DNA of 22,740 bases from Armatimonadota bacterium. Its GTDB lineage: Bacteria; Armatimonadota; UBA10988. The stretch's first letter is position 1. Each line of letters begins with the position of its first letter. The notes under the pieces were generated by a model, which saw only the letters and a list, made by a program, of their open reading frames with translations, had not been told where the DNA came from and ran no database searches. Below are positions 7,627 to 15,591 of the stretch, one piece after another. The translations under genes were made by a program, and so were the position numbers. The DNA is taken from NCBI GenBank assembly GCA_016235455.1, contig JACRKZ010000007.1, forward strand, positions 1-22,740, written 5' to 3'.

Positions 7627-9432
7627 ATGCCACAGTCGGTGCCAGGTCTGCTTCGCGAGTCCGCCGAGCGCTATGCCGCGCGGCCGGTTCTGTATCGTCG
7701 TCTGGCCGACAAGACGGTCGGCCACGAGACCTATGCCGACCTGCGCGCCGCCGTGGATCGCGCGGCCGCGGGGCTGGTGGCCTCTGGCGTGATGCCGGGC
7801 GACCATGTGGTGCTGCTCTCGGAGAATCGTCGCGAATGGGTGGTGGCCGACCTGGCCATCCAGTCCGTCGGCGCGGTGACCGTGCCGCTGTACCCGTCGC
7901 TACCCGCGCCGCAGGTGCAGCCGCTGATCAGCCGTGTGCGGGCCAAGGTGGTCATTCTCGATGACCACCGCCAATTGACCAAGCTCGACACCTGCCTGGC
8001 CGAGTTGCCGCTGGTGGAGCAGGTGTGGGTCTTCGACAGCGCCAAGATCCCCGCTGACCACCCGCTGGCGCGCGACTGGACCGTGCTCGAAGCGCAGGGC
8101 ACGGAGCGCATCGCCGAACTGCTGCCCGAAGTCGACCGGCGCATTGCCGCGCTCGGCGCGCACAGTCCGGCGACGATCATCTTCACCTCGGGTACGACCG
8201 GCGTGCCCAAGGGCGCCGTGCTGACCCATGGCAACTTCGTGACCAACGTGGACACTTCGCAGCGGCGCATCGCGCTCTACGATACCGACCGCCTGCTGGC
8301 TGTGCTGCCGCTGTCGCATGTGTTCCAGCGCATGATCACCTACCTGGGCCTGAGCGTCGGCGCGGGCTGCCTGTTCAACGAGAGCCTGCGCCACATGCTG
8401 CCCGACATGCTGGCGCTGCGGCCGACCATCATGATCATGGTGCCGCGCATGCTGGAGATGCTGCGCGACAAGGTGCTGTCCGGCGCGCGCGACAAGCAGG
8501 GCCTGGCCGGCACCATCGCGGGCTGGGCCATGGGGCTGGCGCCGCTGATCGGCCAGCGCTATCAGGACGGCAAGCCGCAAGGCGCCTGGATGAGCCTGCA
8601 GCAGAGCCTGGCCGAGCAGCGCGTCTACTCGGCGGTGCGCGAGCAACTCGGTCTCGACCAGTTGCGCTTCGCGGTGTCCGGTGGCGCGGCGCTGCCGGTG
8701 GACGTGAGCCGTTGGTTCCATGGCGTGGGCATGCGCGTCATCCAGGGCTATGGCCTGACGGAGACCTCGCCCGTGGTGGCGGTGAACCCCAGCGAGGGCC
8801 GCTACCGCTTCGAGACCATCGGCCCGCCGGTGGACCTGGTGGAAGTGCATATCGCGCCCGACGGCGAGTTGTGGACGCGCGGGCCGTGCAACATGGCCGG
8901 CTACTTCGAGATGCCCGAGGAGACGGCCGAGGCCATCGATGCCGACGGCTGGTTCCACACCGGTGACCTGGCCGCGCAGGACGCGGACGGACACATCCGC
9001 ATCGTCGGTCGCAAGAAGGAGATCATGGTGCTGGCCAGCGGCAAGAACGTCGCGCCGGTGCCCATCGAGGCGACGCTGGGCGAGAGCCCGCTGATCGAGC
9101 GGTGCGTGGTCTTCGCCGACGGCCAGCACGTGGTCTCGGCGCTGGTGGTGCCCGCCTTCGATGCGCTGTGGGAGGTGGTGGCCAAGTCGGCCGGCACGCC
9201 GGAGCGCGACGAGCAGAACACCTGGGTCACCTGCGACGCGGCCGCGCAGGCGGTGCGCGCCGAGATCGACCGATTGTCCGACGCCCTGGCGCCGTTCGAG
9301 CGGGTGCGGCGGTTCCGGCTGCTCACGCGGGACTTCTCGCTGGAACACGAGGAGGTCACGCCGACCATGAAGTTACGGCGGTCGATCATCGCCGAGCATT
9401 TCGCCGATCTGATTCGCGAGATGGCGGAGTAG
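7627..9432 (+). CDS. Long-chain fatty acid-CoA ligase (AMP-dependent synthetase; start revised to ATG 7627)
   Basis: IIFTSGTTGVPKGAVLTHGN, LPLSHVFQR, SGGAAL, QGYGLTETSP, GWFHTGD, GRKKE...SGKNVAP, TPTMKLRR. Confidence 0.95.
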   Translation: MPQSVPGLLRESAERYAARPVLYRRLADKTVGHETYADLRAAVDRAAAGLVASGVMPGDHVVLLSENRREWVVADLAIQSVGAVTVPLYPSLPAPQVQPLISRVRAKVVILDDHRQLTKLDTCLAELPLVEQVWVFDSAKIPADHPLARDWTVLEAQGTERIAELLPEVDRRIAALGAHSPATIIFTSGTTGVPKGAVLTHGNFVTNVDTSQRRIALYDTDRLLAVLPLSHVFQRMITYLGLSVGAGCLFNESLRHMLPDMLALRPTIMIMVPRMLEMLRDKVLSGARDKQGLAGTIAGWAMGLAPLIGQRYQDGKPQGAWMSLQQSLAEQRVYSAVREQLGLDQLRFAVSGGAALPVDVSRWFHGVGMRVIQGYGLTETSPVVAVNPSEGRYRFETIGPPVDLVEVHIAPDGELWTRGPCNMAGYFEMPEETAEAIDADGWFHTGDLAAQDADGHIRIVGRKKEIMVLASGKNVAPVPIEATLGESPLIERCVVFADGQHVVSALVVPAFDALWEVVAKSAGTPERDEQNTWVTCDAAAQAVRAEIDRLSDALAPFERVRRFRLLTRDFSLEHEEVTPTMKLRRSIIAEHFADLIREMAE

Positions 9433-9436
9433 ACTG

Positions 9437-9931
9437 GTGGCCGTGCCGACCCGCATCGACCGCGCCGTGTTCGGCGACTTGGAGGCCATCCTGACGCTGT
9501 TGCGGCTGTTGGCCTACGAGCACGAAGCGTTCGACGAGTCGTTTGCCGTGGCCGACGACTGGACGACGTCGATGGAGTCGTACCTGACCGAGCGCCTGCG
9601 TTCGCCCGAGCACCATGTGTCCGTCGCGCGCGAGGGCAGCGCCGTGGTCGGGGTGGTGGTGGCGTCGATGCGCTGGCAGCCGGTGTTCGCCGAGTCGCCG
9701 CGCGGCTACCTGGAGAACGTGGTGGTGGCGCCGTCGCGTCGACGCCAGGGCCTGGGCCGGCGGCTGGTCGAGGCGGCCAGCTTGTGGTGCGAGGCGCGCG
9801 GTGCGATGGCGGTGGAACTGAGCGTGGCCGTGGCCAACGGCGCCGGCCGCGAGTTCTGGGCCTCCATGGGATTCGAACCGGTGCTGCTGCAGATGCGGCG
9901 GCCGAGGCGCGCGGGCCACGGCCCTGAGTGA
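9437..9931 (+). CDS. GNAT family N-acetyltransferase
   Basis: Acetyl-CoA motif A VVAPSRRRQGLGRRLV; L.V..AN..GREFW.SMGF. Confidence 0.9.
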   Translation: MAVPTRIDRAVFGDLEAILTLLRLLAYEHEAFDESFAVADDWTTSMESYLTERLRSPEHHVSVAREGSAVVGVVVASMRWQPVFAESPRGYLENVVVAPSRRRQGLGRRLVEAASLWCEARGAMAVELSVAVANGAGREFWASMGFEPVLLQMRRPRRAGHGPE

Positions 9932-10353
9932 TTGAGGGACAGGCGGTGTCTAACGACTGGGAGCAGCAACGACGGCTGTCGGAGCAGGACGAAACCATGC
10001 TGCTCCGGCGCGCCTTGTCGGGTGAGGCTGCGCGTCGGAGCCAGGAATCCTGGCCCGCGCAGTGCAGCGTCGAGGTCTATGACATCGACGGGCAACTCAT
10101 CGACATGCGCACCGTGCCGCCCGAAGGGCTGACCATCGGCCGCTCGTCCGACCAGGACATCCGCCTGCCCGACCGCACCGTGTCGCGCCGGCACGCGCGC
10201 ATCGAACTGGCCGACGGGCACTACTGGCTGGACGACACCGGTAGTTTGAACGATACGCTGTTGGATGGCGAACCGGTGCGCGGCCGGGCCGAACTGCACG
10301 ACGGCGCGCAGTTGACCATCGGCCTGCACACGCTGCGCATCACCGTACGCTGA
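9928..10353 (+). CDS. FHA domain-containing protein
   Basis: LTIGRSSDQDIRL, VSRRHARI, DTGSLNDT, LHDGAQLTIG; GTGA overlap with the GNAT stop. Confidence 0.9.
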   Translation: MIEGQAVSNDWEQQRRLSEQDETMLLRRALSGEAARRSQESWPAQCSVEVYDIDGQLIDMRTVPPEGLTIGRSSDQDIRLPDRTVSRRHARIELADGHYWLDDTGSLNDTLLDGEPVRGRAELHDGAQLTIGLHTLRITVR

Positions 10354-10377
10354 TCGGCGACCATCGAGGAGGCAGGC

Positions 10378-12390
10378 TTGGCGCCCGAGGCCTGGAGCAA
10401 GTTGGCAATCGTCTTCGCCGCCGGTGCGCTCGGCCTCATCGGCTCGTTGCTCACCGGTCTGGTGATCGTGCCCTTCTGCGCGCGGCGCATGTTCATCAGC
10501 CGTGAGAGCAAGGTCGGCGTGGCCCAGGGCCGCACCGACGTCGTGCCCATGGGCGGCGGGTTCATCCTGCTTTTCGGCGTGACGCTGGTGGTCACCGTCT
10601 TCACCGCGCTCAAGCAGATCCGTACGGGCTATGCCGGCCTGTTCCTGCTCATCACCTGGGGCCACGCCGTGCTGGGCTTCCTGGACGACTACTCCAAGAC
10701 GCAGGTGCGCGGCATCGGCGAGAAGGCCAAAGTGGTACTCCAGGCCAGCCTGCTGTTGGCCTTTTCGGTGTTCTTCTACTGGTACGGCATGCGCATGGTG
10801 CCGGAGTCCGACCTGGGCCTGCTGACCTTGCCCTTCATTGGCGAGGTCGGGCTCAAGGTGGCCTACATCGGCTTCGTCATCGTCTTCCTGTTCGGCGTCT
10901 CCAATGCGGTCAACTTCACCGACGGGTTCAATGGCCTCGCGGGTGGGGTGGGCGCCATCGTGGCGCTGGCATTCGCCGTGATCACCTTTGTGGTGGGCGT
11001 CAGCGAGATCGAGCGGGCGCGCATCCTGCTCTGGCCCGACACGCCGACCGGCGCGCGCATGTTTGCCCTGAGCGTGATGAGCGCCGGCCTGGCCGGCAGC
11101 TGCATTGGCTATCTCTACTACAACTTCCGGCGCGGCTCCATCTACTTCGGTGATACCGGCTCCATGGCGCTCGGCTCGGCGCTGGCCTTCCTGGCGCTGT
11201 TCGCGCGCGCCGAGGTGCTCATGTTGGTCATCGGCGGGGTGTATACCGCCGAAATGCTCTCCAGCGGCCTCCAGAAGCTGTGCCAGAAAGGCTCGGAGCA
11301 CGTGGTGCATCCGGTCATGTTGCGGCGCGTGGAGCCCACGCTGCCGTTCATCATGGCGCCGCTGCACCACCATTTCGAGCACATCTGGCTGCGCGAGATG
11401 GAAGACGAGCACGGCCAGATCCCGCCCCAGGCGCGCGACCAGGTGCGGCGCGCGCTGACCCTGCGCGCCTGGATCGCCAGCGCCCTGTTCGCCGCCGTCG
11501 GCGTCATCGGGCAGTACGGCCGCTACGGCGAGCGCTGGGGCATCTTCAACTGGGCCTGCGTGGTCGGCCTGCTGATGATCGCCGGCCTGCTGGTCTACGG
11601 CATCCTGACCCGGTTGGTCTATGACTGCTACTTCATCGGCCCCGACCTGCAGCGGTCCGAACTGCTGACCCTCTATCGCGGTGTCCCGCTGCGGATCGGC
11701 GCCCTGCCGCTGTTCCATGTCTACCAGTTGACCGACATCCCGTTCGACAGCCTGGGCTATCTGGAGCGCCGGACCGCGCTGTTCCGGCTGCAGACCAACC
11801 GTGTCGACGCGCGCACGGCGTTCGGACTGCTGCATTTCGGCATGGCCGAGCGGAGCGACGGCCCGGCCCGCCTGGCCCATTTACGTCAGGCCATGGCCTA
11901 CTGGGGCCAGGTGCCGCGCGTACGCTTCCGCGCCGCGGGTCGGCAAGAGGTCCTCCGCCACATGGCCACCTGCCACGTGGCGCTGGGTCATCCGGCGCGC
12001 GCCGTGGAGAGCCTGGAAGAGCTGCACACCGCCACGGGTGATGCGTTGGTGCTCGACGATATCCGCGCGGTCATCGATGATGCGCTGAGCGCCGCCGAGG
12101 CCGGTTGGGCGCATTGGCGCGGCGACCGGCGCGAGGCGGCGCGACAGGAAGCGCTGCACGGCCACGAGGAGTTGGTGAACATCATGTACGGCCGCCGCGA
12201 GCGGGCGGTGCGCGTCTTGGAGCGGCTCCGCGAGACGCGTCCGGCGAGTGACGCCGAACGCATGGCGGTTGAGGATGAGGTGAGTTGGCTGGACGACGGG
12301 TTGGCGGTCGCCGACAACCGTTGTGAGCAACTGCGCGCCGCGGCCGGTACTGGAGCCGCGCGGCGCCGAGCGATTGCAGAAGGGAACTGA
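10378..12390 (+). CDS. Atypical MraY-family phospho-MurNAc-peptide transferase with a ~255-aa C-terminal helical (TPR-like) extension
   Basis: PMGGG, LGFLDDY, SNAVNFTDGFNGLA, YFGDTGSMALG, GGVYTAE, MAPLHHHFE; multiple TM segments; SD GAGGAGG before TTG. Confidence 0.88.
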   Translation: MAPEAWSKLAIVFAAGALGLIGSLLTGLVIVPFCARRMFISRESKVGVAQGRTDVVPMGGGFILLFGVTLVVTVFTALKQIRTGYAGLFLLITWGHAVLGFLDDYSKTQVRGIGEKAKVVLQASLLLAFSVFFYWYGMRMVPESDLGLLTLPFIGEVGLKVAYIGFVIVFLFGVSNAVNFTDGFNGLAGGVGAIVALAFAVITFVVGVSEIERARILLWPDTPTGARMFALSVMSAGLAGSCIGYLYYNFRRGSIYFGDTGSMALGSALAFLALFARAEVLMLVIGGVYTAEMLSSGLQKLCQKGSEHVVHPVMLRRVEPTLPFIMAPLHHHFEHIWLREMEDEHGQIPPQARDQVRRALTLRAWIASALFAAVGVIGQYGRYGERWGIFNWACVVGLLMIAGLLVYGILTRLVYDCYFIGPDLQRSELLTLYRGVPLRIGALPLFHVYQLTDIPFDSLGYLERRTALFRLQTNRVDARTAFGLLHFGMAERSDGPARLAHLRQAMAYWGQVPRVRFRAAGRQEVLRHMATCHVALGHPARAVESLEELHTATGDALVLDDIRAVIDDALSAAEAGWAHWRGDRREAARQEALHGHEELVNIMYGRRERAVRVLERLRETRPASDAERMAVEDEVSWLDDGLAVADNRCEQLRAAAGTGAARRRAIAEGN

Positions 12391-12393
12391 TCA

Positions 12394-13503
12394 GTGCGTG
12401 TGCTGCTGGTGGGCGGTCGTAGCGGTGGTCATATCTATGCCTTGGTCGCGGTCGCGGCGCATCTGCGCGCGCGCGACGCCGAGTGCCCGCTGCTCTTCGT
12501 GGGGGAGAAGGGCCGTATGGAAGAGGACTTCGTGCCCCGCGCGGGCTACGAGCTGACCGTCCTCGACATGCCGTCCGCCAGCGGACCCGCTTGGCGACGC
12601 GCGCTGAGTCTGCCGCGCTGGTGGTCGTTGTACCGCCAGTCGGCGGGCATCATCAAGCGCTTCGCGCCCGACGTGGTACTGGGCAGCGGCGGCCAGGTCT
12701 GCCTGCCCGTGCTCCTGGCCGCCAAGCGTGCCGGCCTGCCGACGCTGCTGCTGGAGCCGAACGCCATTCCCGGCTGGGCCAATCGCCTCACCGCCAAGTA
12801 CGCGCGGCCCGACATCGTCGGCCTGCTGCTGCCCGAGGCGGCGGACAAGTGGCCCACGGGCCAGCGCATCGAGATGACCGGCTATCCGCTACGGCCCGAG
12901 ATCCTCGACACGACCCGCGCCGAGGGCCTGGCCGCGCTGGGCCTCGACCCGGCCCGCCGCACGCTGCTTGTGTTCGGCGGCAGTCAGGGCTCGGGCCACC
13001 TCAACGACGTGCTGACCGCTTGGCTGGCCACCTGCGACGCGGCGTGGGCCGACGGCTGGCAGGTGCTGCACCTGGGCGGTTGGATCAATGCCAAGGGCTT
13101 CGACAGCGACCAACGGCCACGGCTGCCCTACCACTACCTGCCGTACCTGCACGAGATGGAGCAGGCCCTGGCCGCCGCAGACCTCGTGCTCGGCCGGGCC
13201 GGGGCGACCTCCATGGCCGAGTTGACCGCCCTGGGCCTGCCGGCGGTGCTTGTGCCGCTGGCGGGCGTGGCCGACAACCATCAGGTGCACAACACGCGCT
13301 GGATGGCGCAGTCCGGCGCCGCCGAGGTCATCGGCGACAGCGAGTTGACGCCGCAAAGGCTGGGCCAAGTGCTCGACTCGCTGTGTGGCGACCCGGCGCG
13401 GCTGGTGGCCATGGCCGACGCCAGCGCCGCACTGGGCACGCCCGACAGCGCCGAGCGCGTGGTGGCTCTGCTCGACGAACTCGCGGAGGGCCGGCGCTCA
13501 TGA
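12394..13503 (+). CDS. MurG-like glycosyltransferase (GT28), divergent
   Basis: GGRSGGHIYA, GSGGQVCLP, EPNAIPGWAN, TGYPLR, FGGSQGS, RAGATSMAEL, HQVHN. Confidence 0.88.
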   Translation: MRVLLVGGRSGGHIYALVAVAAHLRARDAECPLLFVGEKGRMEEDFVPRAGYELTVLDMPSASGPAWRRALSLPRWWSLYRQSAGIIKRFAPDVVLGSGGQVCLPVLLAAKRAGLPTLLLEPNAIPGWANRLTAKYARPDIVGLLLPEAADKWPTGQRIEMTGYPLRPEILDTTRAEGLAALGLDPARRTLLVFGGSQGSGHLNDVLTAWLATCDAAWADGWQVLHLGGWINAKGFDSDQRPRLPYHYLPYLHEMEQALAAADLVLGRAGATSMAELTALGLPAVLVPLAGVADNHQVHNTRWMAQSGAAEVIGDSELTPQRLGQVLDSLCGDPARLVAMADASAALGTPDSAERVVALLDELAEGRRS

Positions 13504-14510
13504 CCGAGCCGTACCTGCCGTCCCCGCTCGACGCCGCGCTGGCCGACTGGGCCCTTACGGACGCCCCGCGCACGCAGCTCACCGGCGATGTCTCGCCGCG
13601 CCAGTACTACCGGCTCCGCCTGCCCGATGGCGGCACCGGCGTGGTCATGGTCACGCCGGCCGAGAAGCTGCCCAGCCTGAGCGATTGGCTGGCCATCGGC
13701 GACTGGCTGGCCAGCCACGGATTGGCCGTGCCGCGCGTGCTGCGGCGTCGAGTGGACCTCGGCGTGCTGCTCATAGAGGATGGCGGCGACCGACTGCTGA
13801 CCGCGGTGGACGACGACGCGACCGCCGACGGCTGGTACCGCGATACGTTGAGCCGCCTGGCCGACCTGGAGCGCACCGCCGCGGGTGACACCAAGACCGC
13901 CAGCCCGGCGCACGGCCGGATCCTCACCGAGGAGCGCATGCGCTGGGAGCTGCGCCGCTACCGCAAGGTGGTGGCGGCACCGGTGACCGACCTGGACGAT
14001 GACGAACTGGCCCTGTGGAAGCGCGGCGAGGACCAGGTTGTAGCGGCGCTGCTGGCCGCGCCGCGGGTCTGGATGCACCGCGACCTGCATGCGCGCAACC
14101 TGCTTATCGCCGACGACCGCGCCATGTGGATCGACTTCCAGGATGCCATGATGGGCCCCTGGCAATATGACGCCGTGTCACTGCTGTTCGACCCCTACGC
14201 CGCACTCGATGAGGCCCGACGCGAGGCGCTGCGCGCGCACTACCTGGCCTGCTCCACCCACACCGCGGGCGACGGCGAGGCGGACGCACTATGGTGGCTC
14301 TGCGCGGTGCAGCGGCTGATCCACTGCGTGGCCTGCTATGTCTTTGTCTGCGAGCACCAGGCCAACAGCGCCTACGTGCGCTACCTGCCCTTCGCCCTCG
14401 ACCGGCTGCGCGAGGTCATGGCTCGTTGCGAGGCCGCCGAGCCGCTGGCCCGGGTGATGGCGCCGCGCTGGGCAGCGCTGGCCGAACGGTGGTGCGCCTA
14501 TGCCGAGTGA
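13500..14510 (+). CDS. AmgK-like anomeric MurNAc/GlcNAc kinase (APH/ChoK fold; start revised to ATG 13500)
   Basis: GDVSPRQYYRL (cf. AmgK DASFRRYFR), LLIEDGGD, HRDLHARNL, IDFQDAMMGP..YDAVSLL, AVQR, YVRYLP; ATGA overlap with the MurG-like stop. Confidence 0.85.
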   Translation: MTEPYLPSPLDAALADWALTDAPRTQLTGDVSPRQYYRLRLPDGGTGVVMVTPAEKLPSLSDWLAIGDWLASHGLAVPRVLRRRVDLGVLLIEDGGDRLLTAVDDDATADGWYRDTLSRLADLERTAAGDTKTASPAHGRILTEERMRWELRRYRKVVAAPVTDLDDDELALWKRGEDQVVAALLAAPRVWMHRDLHARNLLIADDRAMWIDFQDAMMGPWQYDAVSLLFDPYAALDEARREALRAHYLACSTHTAGDGEADALWWLCAVQRLIHCVACYVFVCEHQANSAYVRYLPFALDRLREVMARCEAAEPLARVMAPRWAALAERWCAYAE

Positions 14511-15591
14511 CCTGACCTTTCGCCTCTTGGCCGACGACGAGCGCGACCTGTGGGACGCGTTCGCCGCGGCGCATCCACGCAGCGACTTCGCTCAGGCCTG
14601 GGACTGGGGCCGCATGAAGGCCGAAGGCGAATGGTCGGTGGTGCGCGCCGGCCTGTTTGGCGCGGACGGGCTGGTGGCCGGCGCGCAGATCCTCACACGG
14701 CCGTTGCCCTACCTGGGCGGTCGGCTGGCCTATGCCTCGCGCGGGCCGCTGACCGATCTGGAGACCGTCGACGGAGCCGGGCAACGCGCCGCGCTGTTCG
14801 ACGGCCTCGAAGCTTGGTGCCGCGGCCAGGGCGCGGTCTGCCTCAAGGTCGATCCGTGCATCACCGCCGAGCACGACCGCTTCCTGCGCGTCTGTGGCGC
14901 GCGGCCGGCGCCGGTGGAGAACCCCGACTTCGGCGGCACGCAGCCCAAGTACGTCATGCGCCTCGACCTGAGCGCCGGGCTCGACCGCGTCATGGCGGGG
15001 TTCAAGCCCGACTATCGCAACCGCATCCGCAAGTCCGAACGCCGTGGCGTCACGGTGCGGCGCGCGGAGTCGACCGACGACTGGCGCGTGTGGTATGACC
15101 TGCTGCTCGGCACGGCCGACCGGCAGCACTTCCGCGTGCGCGCCTTCTCCTACTTCGAGTCCATTCGCACGCACCTCCAGGGCGCCTGCCAGGCGTGGCT
15201 GCTGGTGGCTGAACGCGAGGGCCGGCAAGTCGGCGGCATCTTGTGCCTGCGCTACGGACAGACCGTGTGGTACCTGTACGGCGCGATGAACGAAGAGGGC
15301 CGGGAGCATTACAGCGGCTACCTGCTGCAGTGGGACGCCATGCAGCGCGCCGTGGCCGAGGGTTGCGGCATGTACGACTTCCGCGGCGTGGCGCCCTTCG
15401 ACCGCGAGGACAGCCCGCATTTCGGCCTTAATCGCTTCAAGTCGGGCTTCGGACCCGCCGAAGTCGAGTGGGTGGGCGAGTGGGACCTGGTCTTCTCGCC
15501 ATGGCGCTATCAGGCGTTCAACTTCCTGCTGCCCCGGGCGCGAGCCCTCGTGCCGCGGCTCAAGGCGCTGCTGCGCCGGGGACGCGGGTGA
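14500..15591 (+). CDS. FemABX/FemX-like aminoacyl-tRNA-dependent peptidoglycan peptidyltransferase
   Basis: FAQAWDWG..K, YASRGP, LKVDP, QPKY...LDL, RNRIRKSERRGV, YLYGA, LLQW, YDFRGV, GLNRFKSGFG, VGEWD. Confidence 0.9.
   Translation: MPSDLTFRLLADDERDLWDAFAAAHPRSDFAQAWDWGRMKAEGEWSVVRAGLFGADGLVAGAQILTRPLPYLGGRLAYASRGPLTDLETVDGAGQRAALFDGLEAWCRGQGAVCLKVDPCITAEHDRFLRVCGARPAPVENPDFGGTQPKYVMRLDLSAGLDRVMAGFKPDYRNRIRKSERRGVTVRRAESTDDWRVWYDLLLGTADRQHFRVRAFSYFESIRTHLQGACQAWLLVAEREGRQVGGILCLRYGQTVWYLYGAMNEEGREHYSGYLLQWDAMQRAVAEGCGMYDFRGVAPFDREDSPHFGLNRFKSGFGPAEVEWVGEWDLVFSPWRYQAFNFLLPRARALVPRLKALLRRGRG

Noticed and set aside
12483-13499. Apparent 675-aa kinase (and the 655-aa LarA-like and 744-aa EF-G calls) with long N-terminal extensions
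   Set aside because: The extensions overlap upstream genes in another frame and are low-complexity; coupled or SD-supported starts exist at 13500, 16534 and 20475.
13500-14510. Aminoglycoside-resistance phosphotransferase
   Set aside because: Motifs (D.S.R.Y.R, IDFQDA..GP..YD..SLL) and the mur-gene context fit AmgK rather than APH resistance enzymes.
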